Numbered from the whole stretch's first letter, positions 9,746 to 25,117 are shown. The stretch is 63,279 nt of DNA, filler included, from Octopus bimaculoides (GCF_001194135.2; 6 parts of 5 records of this genome joined end to end with filler, not necessarily neighbours in it); one strand, 5' to 3'. Translations and numbers: made by a program. The notes: generated by a model not told the origin, from the sequence alone.

Positions 9746-12700
9746 TATAAATCAATTGCTTGATAAAAATATTCAAATATTTTACAGCAATATCAGTAAA
9801 AAAAGAAAGCAAAAAAAAACCCAGACAATATGAGAGAGAAAAGAAAGCAAAAAAAACCCAGACAATATGAGAGAGATATAATTTGAATTAAGTGGGTACA
9901 GGCAAGGCTGTATGCTTAAGTTTGCTTCCCAACCACATGGTTCCAGGTTCAGTCTCATTGCATAGCACCTTAGGCAAATGTCTTCTATTAGAGCCGGTGA
10001 TCGATCAAGCCTTGTGAGTGGATTTGGTAGACATGAAAACAAAAAACTCTGTTGTGTTGAGCCTGGTGCAGCCTACCGGCTCACCAGTCCTCAGTCGAAC
10101 CCACCAACCCATGCCAGCATGGAAAGCGGACTTAAACGACAATGATGATGATATATATATATATTTATAGCCCAGTCAAACTGTCCAACCCATGCCAGCA
10201 TTGACAACGGATGTATGATGATGATGATATATATATATACATTAATAAAGTATAATATTATTCATCATATATATTCATTATATATATTCATTAAATATAT
10301 ATATATGGTTAATAAATAAAGTACAAGTGAAGAAATGGAGTAGAAATATCTGTTGAATAATTACAAAGTCAAAATTCAGAAGTTTAATTGAAAGATAATG
10401 GCTACATTCATTTTTTAAAGAAATAGATATTAACAACAGTGGAGAATAAAAACCACGTTTTAAATACAGGTTTCTTTCTAGAATTTGTTTCCATGATATG
10501 TCATCCTTTTCCAAAATAAATAGCAAAATATCATCAGACGAACAATCACACAATTCTGAATATTTCACTTTGGTATGGTAGGGGACCCCTTTTTTTCCTT
10601 TTTTAAATGATACATTTTTATAGGTAGGTCAGTGTACAAAATTAAACAAAGATAAATAGACTGTGGGCTGTTTTTTAATTTTTTAATTTTGAATTAGGCA
10701 AAACATGAAATGTAGAACTACACAAAAGGAAACTGTACGGCTTACATAAAGGGAGCTGACGCTTTAAACCTACTCGATATTTTGACAACTATTTTGTCAG
10801 ATGTGGAATAACATCGATATTTATATTTAAAAAAAAAAAAAACACTGTTAGGAATATACTGGTTTTAGTAAACAGAAACTCATAAATTTAGCTCATTTGT
10901 ACAAGTGCCGATAGAGACCATAGGTAGAGCCATTTCTTCCAGATTACATTAATAAAACAAACCAGATTGCAAATAAAAATGAAATTTTTAAAAATTGAGT
11001 AATTTGATAAGAATTTATAATAGATACCCTAACTGTAGGGATATGTACAGCTACTACAACTGGAAGGCACAGTTGCATAAATTAAGAGATTTAATTCGTA
11101 TATCATAATCTAGTTTTCAACTATGACTTTTTTTTATGAATATCAAAGGCTAAACTAAATCTGGTTTTAAATTTGAATAGTAAACCAACTCGACTGAACT
11201 AACATCTACTTCTCTGTGGTTTGGCAAAACGTTTTATTTTCAATCATTTAAGTAAATGATAAGAGCGTTATCTTCAGAACAAAGTAAAAATAGGCTTCAG
11301 ACAAAAATATTGTCTGCACAAGAGATAAAGGCTTATTTTCACAGATTTGCGAATTACGGAGACAAGAATCCATAAGATTTCTTTAAGTCACCCTTATATT
11401 TTCTAATTTTCGGTTTCGTTTTCCTCCAACAACAAAACAGCAACCACGCATCATCTAAAATTACCTCCCTTGATTGAGGAGCGATGTCAGGGGAGAGAAC
11501 TGTAAGCGCTTATTGTGACAATGAATAAACTATCTGAATTTATAGACCTCACGCTCTAATATATAGAAACATTCGTGTGTGCGTGCGTGCGTGTGTGTGT
11601 TATTACTACTATTATTAGTATTTAGAAGAAGCAACAGAGTGACTCAAGAACCGAGAGTTTCACGCGTTAGCACATATATATACATACATACATGACGGGC
11701 TTCTTTCAGTTTCTAGCTACCAAATCCATTTGATCGATACAGGTGATCTTTTGATCGATCCACTAGAAGACACATGTCCAAGGTGCCATACAGTGAGACT
11801 GAACCTGAAACCCTATGGTTGGGAAGCAAACTTCTCAACCACACAGGACTTAATAAATTGTAGCAAAAGAGAGAAATCACAACATTAATGGTTGGCATCA
11901 AGAAAAACGTCTTGGCACGGAAAGGAACCGACTCAGTCCCGTCCAATCCATAGCCACATAGGAAAGTGGACATAATGACAACAACAACAATGACAAGGAT
12001 GATAGTGATGACGATAATGATGACGATAAATTACATGGCTTTTCATCAGTAAAATTATTCATTAATGAGAGAGCCATGAACTGCCGTGAAGGAAATATCC
12101 ATTTTCTACAAGAAATAAATTGAAATGGCTTTCTAATAACTTTATTTTTTCCCTGGCCCATGGTAAATATGGGTCAAGTACTTCTAAAGTTGGTAATTAT
12201 TAGGGCTAAACAAGCTGACGTAATAAACTCTACAGCTCGGATAACAGTGGGTTGGGTTGATAGCATCATTGAAAGCCAAGTATGTTTTCCAGGAACTCAG
12301 TGTTACTAAATACAAACCAACACCACTTTAGTCAGTAGACATAACCAGCTGTGAGTCTTAGATACAGAAGTGAGCAGAAAATATATCATCATCATTGTTT
12401 TAATGTCTACTTTTCTAATCTTGCATGGGTCAGATGAAATTTCATGAGAAAGATTTTTTTTACAGCCAGATGCCTTTCCTGTCACCAAACCTTACTGATT
12501 CCAAGCAGGGTATTTTTTTTTCCCTTGGCCAGACATGTTACTAGTGAATATGGCAAAAACAAACACCACTGTTTGAATGATGGAGATGCTCGTTTACAAC
12601 TAACCCACAATGCCAAGACCAGGAGACACACACTCAAACACACACACACACACACAGAGGGAGGATTGTGTATCAGAAGCTTGCTTCCCAATCATGGGTC

Positions 12701-13650
12701 TGAGTTCAGTCCTGCTGCATAGCACTTAGCACAAGTGTCTTCTACTTTAGCCTCCAGCCGACCAAAGCCTTGTGAGTGGATTCAGTAGATGGAAACTGAA
12801 AGAAGCCTGCTCTGTGTGTGTGTGTGTGTGTGTGTGATCCCTGTCTTGGCATCACCTGATGATTGTAAATGAGCAACACCATAAAATAACGTCGGTTGTT
12901 TTCAGTCTTCCCTGGAAGCCCTGTCTCACCATCTGATCATGGGAAAATATCAATTTACTTGGAAACAGGTGAGGGTTGATGACAGGAAAGGCATCCAGCC
13001 ATAAAAAAAATTTGCCTCAACAAATTCTGTCTGACCCAAGCAAACATGGAAAAGCGAACATTAAATGATGATGATGACATATAGGATGGGCTTCTTTCAG
13101 GTTTAGTCCACCAAATGCACTCACAAGGCTTTGGTTGGCCCAAGGCTACAGTAGAAGACACTTACCCAAAGTGCCATGCAGTGGAACTGAACTCCAAACT
13201 ACGCGGTCAGGAAACAAACTTCTTCTCAATCAAAATATAGGTACTAAACTGTTATTTTTGTTCTTTATTTACCACTTATTCCATGAAAAAAAGGACCATT
13301 CCTATGACTTAATGATCATTAAAAAACGTTTAGTAGTACTCACTTTATGTTGAAATAACCACATCATCTGGCACTTTGGATGTTTGGATGGCAGCTGTGG
13401 AATCTCCCTTAGGCTTTCAGTTATCATTAGACAAACACTTGATAAAAAAGAAAACAAAGAATTACTAATCCAGTCATTAAATGGAGACTCTTGAAGCAAA
13501 TATGGCCAAAAGTTACCTGTAGACTTGCTATCAATGATAGGTGTGCTAACAACTACACCAAAATAACTATCTGCCCTGCTCTTTCACCCAATTAGAGGCT
13601 TTATTATCAAGCAAGATATTAAATATTCATACTTAAAATAAAGATGAAAT

Positions 13651-13892
13651 ACATTATTTACATTTGACGGATATTTGTCATCTTGTTTGTTGTTAACACA
13701 GCATTTCAGCTGATATACCCTCCAGCCTTCATCAGGTGCCTTGGGGAAATTTCGAACCTGGGTTCTCATTCCTAAGGTATTTTTCAATATTATTATTATC
13801 ATTATTATTATTATTATTCAGGTCACTGCTTGGAATTGAACTCGGAATCTTGAGGTTAGTAGCCCGCGCTCTCAACCACTACGCCATATGCC
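13651..13892 (-). mobile_element. tRNA-headed SINE with hammerhead-containing tail
   Basis: Head ggcatatggcgtagtggttgagagcgcgggctactaac...gagttcaattcc (A and B boxes), (AAT)n, then ggcacCTGATGAaggctggagggtatatcagctGAAATgctgtgtt. Confidence 0.8.
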
Positions 13893-15328
13893 TAGGGGCA
13901 TATGGCATGTTGAGAAATATATAGAATAAGTCATTTAACAATGTATCTTGAAGCAAATACAACTTTAATGGTAGTTTGTAATAAATTAGGTTAAAAACTC
14001 CTTGGAAGAAAACTGGCCGAAAGCTACCTTGCAAGACCCAAACCATGCATCTTCTGTAACACGATTGATGTGTTATCAATTGCACCTGAGTAACCTTTTG
14101 TTTCATTTCCATCAAATTGAAAGGCTTTAATCTCTCAAGCAGGTGAGTGAGTGTTTACATTTAGAATATAAATGTAGAAGCATTGAGAAATATGTAAATA
14201 AATGTTTTAACGATTGTTGAGACAGGTTTGCTGATGGAAAGTGCTTAGACTTACTTATCGCAAGAGATCAAAACTCATGAAGAAGAAGGTGGAAAATGAA
14301 TAAAAAAGGATGACAAATAATTTCAATGAGTGGAAAGATTCTGTGCTGAAAAAAAAACTATCCAACTCAAGCAAACATGTGAAAACAGACCCCAAGAATA
14401 ATCAGAATGACAACATCTGTAATAATGATGGTATGGCCCAAGTGTCAAAACCACAGTGATATTTGTTTGGGCAGCTGATGATGGGTATGCACATGTTATG
14501 CTTGATCATGAATTTCTTATATTTTAGCCATATTCTTCTGGGTTGTCCTTCATTCTTGTATAGTGGAAAGTGTTCATGGATTCAAAATCTGTGGTGACGG
14601 CTTACTTTGGTATTATTTGATTTTCTTCATAGATAACCTAATTAGGCTTGGACAATGCTTAGGTACTGGACTCTAGTTTTGGAGGATTCTGTGGAATGAT
14701 CATCATTGTCGTTTAATGTCCGCTTTCACTGAGAACTGGCAAGCCAGGAGGCAGCACCAGGCTCCAATCTGATTTAGCAAGAATATAGTGGATGCTTTTA
14801 TATTCCACCAGCATGAAAGCCAGTCAGGCAGCACTGGCATTGGCCACGCTCGAATGGTGCTTTGTACATGCCACCGGCACAGGTGCCAGTCAGGCAGCAC
14901 TGTCATTGGCCAGGACTACAATTTCACTTGGTTCAACAGGTTTTCACAAACATGGCATATTGCCTAATGATTGAAGGGTGCTTTTTTAAATGGGCCAGTT
15001 ATGTGACACTGGCATTGGCCATGACTACAATCTCATACACACACACATATACATAGCTGTTACAAGTGGTACAAGCTACCACATTATGATTAATTGTTTT
15101 AGAAACCCACGTAGTCATGAATAGACATAATGACTCTGTTGACCTTCCTACTGTCATCCCAACAGAGCTCGAGTATGTGACAGCCGGAAGAAGAGAGAGA
15201 GGACAGCACCAGCTGTACTCAAGTGTTTACACTTGAACAGACTCTAGCAATGTGAAATGAAATGACTTGTTGAAGGAGACAACTCAACTCCTAGAAAAGT
15301 AACTGACCCCACGATGTTATGATGAAAG

Positions 15329-15400
15329 CTGAAGAAAGCTGGGGAGTACACCAGCCGAAACATTGTTAACAACAAACAAGATGAGGACAAATATCTGTCA
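15329..15400 (+). mobile_element. Fragment of the hammerhead-tail repeat
   Basis: ctgaagaaagctggggagtacaccagccgaaacattgttaacaacaaacaagatgaggacaaatatctgtca. Confidence 0.6.
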
Positions 15401-16845
15401 AATTACTTCTGCTGCACCCTGTATTGTCATGGAGACAATAAATGCAAGAGAAAGTATCCAAGTCTGAATTGTTAAAATTTCACTCAAAATCCTGTTTTGC
15501 TTTTTGTATTACTTGCAGAGAGGAGAGAAGAAGGAAAACAAGATGACTCCTCAGCCACCCTGATAGGATGAATTATAATGGTTGGGACAGTGAGCCTTAT
15601 CGAAATGGAGTATAATTCTCATTCCAGTCAGTCTTTGAGAATCTGAAAACTTCATATCACACACCATTATCATCAATGTTTAACATCCACTTTTCTATGC
15701 TTGCATGGATCAGATGGAATCTGTGAACACAGATTTTCTACAGCCTGCTTTCCCCCCATTTCCTGTATCCACCCTTACATGTTTCCAAATAAGGTAATGT
15801 TACACCATGACCAGACATGTTTTCACACAAGACTCAAAAGAAAGGATACTTGCATGATGGTGACACTTGTTTACAATTTTCACACAACATCAAGGCAAGA
15901 ACACAATAACACATACGGATAGGTGCAGGCGTGGCTGTGTGGTAAGACGCTTGCTTTCCAGCCTCATGGTTCCAAGTTCAGTCCCACTATGTGGTTCCTT
16001 AGGCAAGTGTTTTGATATGGTTTCTACATCTGGATACCCTTCCTAATGCCAAACACTTTGCAGAGTGTACGGGGAGCTTTTTATGTGGCATCAGTACTAA
16101 CAGGGTCACCAAGTACTCTGCAAGACAATAACCCCTCAACTGGGAGAGGGGAGTAGAAGTGAAGGAATGTGGGACTGTGCTAGCTGAGAGATTTAAAGTA
16201 TAGAGGGGACAGATGCTGTTGTCTTGCTGTAGAGTAGATACATGGATACTCCAGGTAGAAAACAAAGGAGAATGAATTAGAGAGTGAGAAAGAAAACAGA
16301 GGAGAACGAATTTCTTTCCTTTATTTCAGTTATTCATCAATAAACATCTTTACAAAAATCAGACTGGCTCCCGTGCCGTGGCACATAAAAAAAGCACCAT
16401 TCGAGCGTAGTCATTACCAGTGCCGCCGGACTGGCTCCTGTGCAGGTGGCACGTAAAAAGCACCTTTTCAGCGTGGCCGATGCCAGTACCGCCTGACTGG
16501 CCCTCATGCCAGTGGCACGTAAAAGCATCCACTACACTCTCAGAGTGGTTGGCATTAGGAAGAGCATCCAGCTGTAGAAACTTTGCCAGATCAGATTGGA
16601 GACTAGTGCAGCCTTCTAGCTCGCCAGCCCTCAGTCAAACCGTCAAATCCATGGGAGCATGGAAAGCGGACGTTAACCAATGATGATAATGATGAAGCTG
16701 GATTTTCTTTCTAAAGCAAACCATTCAAACAGGACATGAAAAAAAGTTGACACATTTTCAAAATAATGAAGTGTCTTCTATGTGATCACATAACTTCCTA
16801 GAAATAACTACAAAACCATCTTCGAATCACACTCAACTTGCTTAA

Positions 16846-17072
16846 CCCTTTTGACACCAAACCACCTGAGACTGCTTCTGGTTCCAATGATACAAACTTC
16901 CTCTATTAAAATGAAACAAACTGAAAAACCATCCACCAAAATTTCGTGTTAATTCATGTTCCAAACACCATCTTAATAACAACAAAGCTATTTTGCTAAA
17001 TTCTTAATTATTTTAAATATTAGTTAAAACAAAAGGAGAAAATTTCATCAGAAATATGGTACCAAAAGTGTG
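16846..17072. mobile_element. piggyBac-like MITE, followed by a second related copy to ~17310
   Basis: TTAA on both flanks; termini cccttttgacacca / tggtaccaaaagtg. Confidence 0.55.
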
Positions 17073-17484
17073 TTAACACTTGATTCCAACACACCTAAGA
17101 CTGCCACTGGTTCTGATACAAACTTTTCCAAAGTGAGTAATTTAAATTAAAACCTTCCATCGAAATTTCTGATTAATTTATGTTCCAAATTGCCAGCTTA
17201 ATTAATAAAGTTATTTTACTAAATTCTTCGTTATTTACGAAAATTAATTGAAACAAAGGCAGTGTGTTTCAACAGAAATAATTTAACGAAACAGCTAAGG
17301 AAGGTTACAATAGCTAATGTAATCCTTGGCACAGGAGTGGCTGTGTGGTAAGAAGCTTGCTTCCCAACCACATGGTTTGGGGTTCAGTCACACTGTGTGG
17401 CACCTTGGGCAAGTATGTCCTACTCTAGCCTCAGGCCGACCAAAGCCCTGTGAGTGGATTTGGTAGGCAGAAACTGAAAGAAGC

Positions 17485-17540
<56 letters not shown>

Positions 17541-19253
17541 TATATATGTATGTATCTGTGTGACTGTGTTTGTCCAGTCACCCCCACAATCACTTGACAA
17601 CTGATATTGGTGTGTTTATGTCCTTGTAACTTAGTGGTTCAGCAAAAGAGACCAATAGAATAAATACTGGGCTTACAAAGAATTAGTCCTGGGATCAATT
17701 TATTCGACTAAAGGCAGTGCCCCAGCATGACTGCAGTCAAATATCTGAAACAAGTAAAAGAGTAGAAGAATATACCTAAACAGATTGGATAACCATGGCT
17801 GGAGTGCCATTGATCACATGACTATTCATCAGGATTGACCAGGGGTTTAACAATAACAACAACTTGAGTTATTTTCACAGGTAGATTGAAGAGCGACTAT
17901 GGCTAATAGTAGTAGTAAGGCTTATTAACAATCTAGTTCAGTCCTCTCATACGCTGGTTGCTATATTTTCATTGAAGGGCTGGCTAGGAAATCTTTAGAG
18001 TTGCAGCAGAACTGCTGATAAACATTTTAATAGGATGACAGGAGATAAAAATAAAGTTAGAAGTGGTTCATACATCTTGCAGTGAAACAGTGGGTGGATT
18101 TTCAGCATCAGTCCACTGCTTACAAAACAAGTGTTAGACACACACAATCTAAAATACATCTGTTGTAAATAGAAGTTACTACTGGGATACACAAATCGAG
18201 ATAGACTTCTGTTGTTAAAAGACAACGCATCACACAGCAAAACAGACAGGACAGAATTTATAAGACTTAATGTTATAGAATTATAGGAAAGGGGTTGAGA
18301 CAAAAACAGTGTGAAATGTTATTAGGGGTATATAAAGGTGTATGTTGTTAACACAATAAGAAAAATATAAAAATATAGGGGTAGAAAAAATAAACATGTC
18401 CAATAACAGATGATAATTTAACAAGCCTAAAAAGTTAGCAGTGTCGCTGTATCTCCAACATGGCAAAGAAAGATAAATACTTGAGGACAATAATGTGTGT
18501 ATGTGCAAGCGTGTGAGTATAATCTGGTGAATGCAACTGAAACAATATTAGATTAAAATAGCTATTTATGTATCATACTTAATGTATATACACTGTTGAC
18601 AGGCAAGTTGCTGTGATTTTCCTCTAAGATAAAATCTTTGGGTATCCTGTGTTTAAAAACAATATCTATAGGAAGGAGACAAAAAAAATCATCCCAACAT
18701 CAGCTAGTGAGAATGGCAGATGTACACACACACACACATTTGTATCACATTAAATGCTCATATTACAAACTTATCTCTTTATAATCTCGAATACATTTAA
18801 TGATGAATGTTAATAAAAGAAAATTCAACAAAAAGACAATCAATTCCACATTAAATTGACACACACACAAAAAAAAAACTAAAATATTATCAAAGTAAAA
18901 CAAAAATTGCAATTCACAAAATTTATGAAGATATAAAAATTTTATGTAACTTTAAAATCTATTTGTCCACATGTTTGTATCTTATTATGCAAAGAATACA
19001 CTTCAAATATTTACAATAGAATAATCCATTTAAACTGATATCAAGAAATATTTCAAAAGTTTTTCACACACATCTGAAGCTCAGGAGAAGAATACAGGTT
19101 CTTGTATGAGAAATCTTCCATTTAAATCCATCACTCTACTACTCGGTAGTGAAATAATGGAAATGTTTACATTGTCTGGTTAAACGTGCAACAAAATAGA
19201 ATCTCCCCCGCTTTTACATCCAATGTAACCTAAAGAATTTTGGTTCTACTTAC

Positions 19254-19414
19254 GCAGAGTTCATACGTAGCAGCGACATCACTTCAGAAGCAGCAGCGAC
19301 AGCAGCAATATCGTGGAGAAAGTTCGTCGCCGTTCAACAACAACACTGCCAAATAACTAGCTGAAGGTCACTGAGACTCATCGCTTAAAAAGCAAGGCCT
19401 CTGTTGCTGTCTAT
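19254..19414 (-). other. Probable non-coding 5'UTR exon of FRS2
   Basis: Minus-strand acceptor ttttctttttttgccag| at 19416-19415 and donor |gtaagt at 19253. Unique, non-repeat sequence upstream of the FRS2 acceptor. The exon may extend further 5' if it is the first exon. Confidence 0.5.
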
Positions 19415-20525
19415 CTGGCAAAAAAAGAAAAAATAATAATAAAAAGAAACAAACAAAACTAAACCAAAAAAAAGACAACAAAAAAAGCTAACCATTTGCT
19501 GTATTAATGACTTCCTGCTCCATTAAACTGTTAGCAATAGTAGTTGAGTTGATGTTGTGAGGAGGAGCTGAAAAAGCTAGCGAAGCAGATGACCTTTCCC
19601 AGCAGAGAGAATGAAAAATAAACCCAAATACTATCTGAAATATTCCCTCATATAACAATTTTACAAATTTTTGCCTTTATTTTTGTGTGTGTGTGTGTGC
19701 CTTTTTGTTTTGTTTTTTTTCCAAGAGACAATTTTGGTGACATTTCTAGAAATCAGTTCCTCTAAACAACAATAGTACAAGAAAGCAGCAAGAGACAAGC
19801 GAAATAAGAATAATAACGATAAATAGGACAAGTTGGTCCTTAAATGAAATATAAATTAGTTTGATAGCAAAATAGGACAAAGCATTTTCACAGCATCTGA
19901 ATTTTTCTTTCCTTCTTTTTTCTTTTAATGCGTTTCAGTCATTTTCACTGCGGCCATGTTGGAGCACCACCTTTAATCAAACAAATCAACCCCAGGACTT
20001 ATTCTTTGTAAGCCTAATACTTATTCTATCTGTCTCTTTTGCTAAACCACTAAGTTACAAGGACATAAGCACACCAGCATCAGTTGTCAAGCGATGGTGG
20101 GAGGACAAACAGACACACAAACACACATATATATATGGCTCCCCATACTGGTGGCATGTAAAAAGTACCATCTGAACATGATCAATGTCAGCCTCCCTGC
20201 CTCAACTGGCTCTTGTGCCAGTAGCACGTAAAAAGCACCATCCAAACATGGCCGATGCCAGTACCGCCTGACTAGCTCCTGTGCCGCTAGCACATAAAAA
20301 GCACCCACAACACTCTTGGAGTGATTGGCATTAGGAAGGGCATCCAGCTGCAGAAACACAGCCAGATCAGATTGGAGCCTGGTGCGGCCTCCTGGCTCCC
20401 CAGACCCCAGTTGAACCATCCAACCCATGCCAGCATAGAAGACAGAAGGAAAATGCCCCTTGTATTTGAATACTATGCAAATATTCTTTTAAAAAACTTC
20501 GCTTTTAATTTTTTCAAAATCTAAT

Positions 20526-21550
20526 TGTTTAGCAATATCAAAGGAAGGCTAACTGGGAAGTTAGTTTTTGTATGTGGCAGATGCTCAGGAGCAATAAACA
20601 CTGAAAATGTGCAGAAAACAACTTCTGCCACATTCCAGGAAGAAAAACTAGATGTAGTTGATAGCTTCCATTACCTAGNNNNNNNNNNNNNNNNNNNNNN
20701 NNNNNNNNNNNNNNNNNNNNNNNNNNNNNNNNNNNNNNNNNNNNNNNNNNNNNNNNNNNNNNNNNNNNNNNNNNNNNNNNNNNNNNNNNNNNNNNNNNNN
20801 NNNNNNNNNNNNNNNNNNNNNNNNNNNNNNNNNNNNNNNNNNNNNNNNNNNNNNNNNNNNNNNNNNNNNNNNNNNNNNNNNNNNNNNNNNNNNNNNNNNN
20901 NNNNNNNNNNNNNNNNNNNNNNNNNNNNNNNNNNNNNNNNNNNNNNNNNNNNNNNNNNNNNNNNNNNNNNNNNNNNNNNNNNNNNNNNNNNNNNNNNNNN
21001 NNNNNNNNNNNNNNNNNNNNNNNNNNNNNNNNNNNNNNNNNNNNNNNNNNNNNNNNNNNNNNNNNNNNNNNNNNNNNNNNNNNNNNNNNNNNNNNNNNNN
21101 NNNNNNNNNNNNNNNNNNNNNNNNNNNNNNNNNNNNNNNNNNNNNNNNNNNNNNNNNNNNNNNNNNNNNNNNNNNNNNNNNNNNNNNNGAAGACCCGGCA
21201 AGCCAAGTGAGACCATAATCCGAGGCCTCTGTCAGGGGTGTAGCCAGCCCACTTATGCGTACCTTTCCTTCATTGGACACTAAACTCGGCTTGCGAAGAC
21301 CTGTTGGGGCATGTGAAATCGAAATCGAGATGGTACAAGCACCGACCGAGTGTGATCATTGCCAGAGAAGCTGTCTGGCTTCTGTTCCAGTGGCACATAA
21401 ATAGCACTATTTGAGCGTGATCGTTACCAGCGTCACCTTACTGGCACTTGTGCCGGTGGCACGTGAAAATACATTCGAGCGAGATCGTTGCCAGTGCTGC
21501 TGGACTGGCTCCTGTGCAGGTGGCACGTAAAAAACACCATTTTGAGCGTG
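20526..21550 (+). mobile_element. RTE-clade LINE fragment spanning an N gap, with 3' tail
   Basis: GRLTGKLVFVCGRCSGAI...LDVVDSFHYL before the gap. After the gap, the 3' end matches the copy at 28060-28340. Confidence 0.65.
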
Positions 21551-21595
21551 CTATTCCTAGCAGTATGAAGAAGTATGTGAATATTTGTATGTGTG

Positions 21596-22111
21596 AACCA
21601 GCGTTCTTTCAGTAACAAGCGGTGATCGATGTTACATCTCAAAAGACAACCACTAGATAACATCGACATGTGTATTAATTTCAATTACCATCCATATTCT
21701 GTTTTGTTAAAAATAATTATTACAATCACACACACCTATACAAACATATACAAGCTCATTAGAGAAAATAATTATTACCTGAGTGTATCAAGAGTATAAA
21801 ACGACTGCAGTTGAAAGGTATATTATAAATACACATCTTAATTTAACAGTTTATACATGTCATTAATTTATTTATATTAAGAAATTTTTACCCAGTAACT
21901 ATACATAAACTAACCAGCGTTCTTTCAGTAACAAATGATGATCGTTGTCACATCTCAAAAGACAACCAGTAGATAACATTGACACGCATATTAATTTGAT
22001 TTACCATCCATATTCTGTCTTTTTGTTAAAAATAATTATTACAATCACACACACCTATACAAACTCATTAGAGAAAATAATTATCGCCCGAGTGTATCAA
22101 GGATATAAAAC
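21596..22111 (+). repeat. Diverged direct duplication of ~200 bp, period 316
   Basis: aaccagcgttctttcagtaacaa...gtataaaac at 21596-21802 and 21912-22111. Confidence 0.85.
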
Positions 22112-25085
22112 AAATATAATACTACAATTAGGTGTCATTTCTGATGGCACAGAGCCAGCTGGTAAATTATATAATCACTTAGCAAACACTGTCACACAAA
22201 AATATCTAACTTGTAACAACAGGATACATGACACCATCTTCATTATTTTACATTTGCTTTCTACACTGCGTGTGTTGGGTCATCATGACTTGATCCATTT
22301 TTTTTAGTAGGAGCTGCTGCTCCCATACACTGCAACACTAGTGAGGTCAAATGACCCTTAACGAGACTGGATTAAGGGGGACCTCACAAACCTATGCTTT
22401 CATAGTTCATATGATAACCACTGTAAAGTGTGCAGTGGGTGCATTTTTGTTGTACAAGTTCTAGATTGGTTGTCTGACTCATCTGTCACCTGAGAGAGAA
22501 TGTAATTTATCAGCTGTCTTGACAGCAGCACAGGAGGAAGGTGCCGGGATCAGGTCTTGGACACAGGTAATATAATGAGTAACTGGTAACCTATTACATG
22601 TAGAGAAGGGAAGAGAGAAGGGGGGGGCAGGAGAAAGAGAGAGCAACAACAGAAATGGGAGAAAGGAACAGGAATGTAAATGTAGAGAGAGGCGCAGGAG
22701 TGGCTGTGTGGTAAGTAGCTTGCTTACCAACCACATGGTTCCGGGTTCATTCCCACTGCGTGGCACCTTTGCCAAGTGTCTTCTACTATAGCCTTGGGCT
22801 GACCAAAGCCTTGTGAGTGGATTTGGTAGACGGAAACTGAAAGAAGCCTGTCGTATATATGTGTGTATATATNNNNNNNNNNGTCCCACCAACATCGCTT
22901 GACAACCGATGCTGGCGTGTTTACGTCCCCGTAACATAGCGGTTCGGCAAAAGAGACCGATAGAATAAGTACTAGGCTTCCAAAGAATAAGTCCTGGGGT
23001 CGATTTGCTCGACTAAAAGCGGTGCTCCAGCATGGCCGCAGTCAAATGACTGAAACAAGTAAAAGAGAGAACTCACTAAGTGCATTTGTTGAGGTGGCCA
23101 TAGAGGGATTCAGAAGAGAGAGCAATGAGATCAGAAGAGCCAGAAGTATTATGTAAGATGCAGGGTTATTTGGGGGTGGAATCAGGAGGGGGATGATTGG
23201 TAAAACCATTTTCCAAAACACAGATGGCAAACCTATATTTTAAAGAGAACCTCTATCACCTTAATTTTAGTTAAAGATTGAATGAAACAAAAACTGGTTT
23301 ACAGAGAGAATTGATTCATGTAGGAAATATGTGAATAGAATATCATTGGCCTCATAATCACTAGACCATGGGTGTGATTCCCAGATTGGATGGCATGCTG
23401 TGTTCTTGAGCAAAACACTTCATTTTATGCTGCTCCAGTCCACTCAGCTGTGAATGGGTCACCCTGTGAGAGAAGAGCCTTCCAATCAGGGGTGAATGTT
23501 GGCCTGTTCGCCTAGCCAGCTGAGTGGCATCATTTGAAAGCTAAAACAATGCAAACCCACATAGTGATCACCATGAAACAGCATCTGATAGTCTGGTCGG
23601 TACCTTGATATTTCGGTTAATTTGATTACCGAAAGATCAAAACCTTTGAATTTTTTTCACAGAAATCACTTTGGAAAATACTGTTTTCGATTTTATTAGT
23701 GTCAATGGATGAAAAAAATGACCAGATGTCAATATATTAATATCATCGCTACTGTTGTTTAACCTTTTCGTTACTGTATTTATTTTAAGATGTTCTGTGT
23801 TTCTTTCAATTACTTTAAATATAACATAGAATTTAGTAAAATAACTTAGTTATCATTCAGTCAGTGTTAGGAACATAAATTGTGATTAAGGTTTGGTGGA
23901 AGATTTTAATTCAAAACTTATGAAAACAAGACATTTGTACTACAGAGCTACTAAAGGAAATAATAATCATATTGAGGGGTCTTGTGAGTACTTGGTGACC
24001 TTTCTAACCATACAAAAAGCACCCAGTATACTCTGTAAAGGGACTGGCATTAGGAAGAACATCAAACAAAATTTGTTGGAGCAGATTTTCTATGGCTGGA
24101 TACCCTTCCTGTTGCCAACCCTCACCTGTTTCTCTTAATCTAAAAAAACAAAACACCCCGGACATAGTTATGAGCCTCTTTCTTTTACAAAGATCTCACA
24201 ACATGTCAGGACATGTCAAGAAGCCCAGACATAATTTTGTGGCTGAATGCAAGCTTATGATAGCCCTTGTATTTGATAAGAAGGCTCAACATCCTGCCCT
24301 CTCTCTCCTCTTTTTTTCTCCTACTGAAGTAGCTATGTATCTTCTTTACTACATCTTCTTTCAAGCTTACATACGTCCTCAGCAGTCACAGCCCATGTTT
24401 CACTGTCGTGTGGCATAGCTGTTTGCACACAGGCATCGTACAATCTGTCTTTCACTCTGAGAGAGAGGCCCTTTGGTACCAACAGAGGTAGGAGCACTCT
24501 GAACATTGCCCATCCTAATTCTCGTAGCTACACTCTTGAAGCATCCACCCTCAAACATAAAGGGGGCAAAGAAGGACAGACAAAAGGACTAAGTCGATAA
24601 TAACAACCCCAGTGCATAACTGGTACTTATTTAATCGGCCCTGAAAGGATGAAAGGCAAAGTCAACCTCGGCGGAATTTGAACTTAGAACGTAATGGCAG
24701 ACAAAATACTGCTAAGCACTTCGCCCGGCGTGCTAACGATTCTGGCAGCTTGCCGCCTTAATAATAATAATAATGATGATGATGATGATGATAATGGACT
24801 CTCTTGTCAAAGACAACAGATGAGCATTCAGCTTTTGCCAAACGACCCGTACAAACGATTTGTTTATATTGATCAAATGCCCATGCAGCACATTTGCTCA
24901 CTCGCTCCATCAAATCAACATTGTCTGAACAGGTGCACTGTGCGCCATGAGTCAGGTATGGAAGAGATCGCAGAGCAAGAACACAACACACCACCCAGTC
25001 TTGGAACTGAAATCATGATTATTAGATTGTGAGAGCAACCACTAAGCCATATACCCTCACATAATAATAAAATAATAAAAATAAA

Positions 25086-25117
<32 letters not shown>

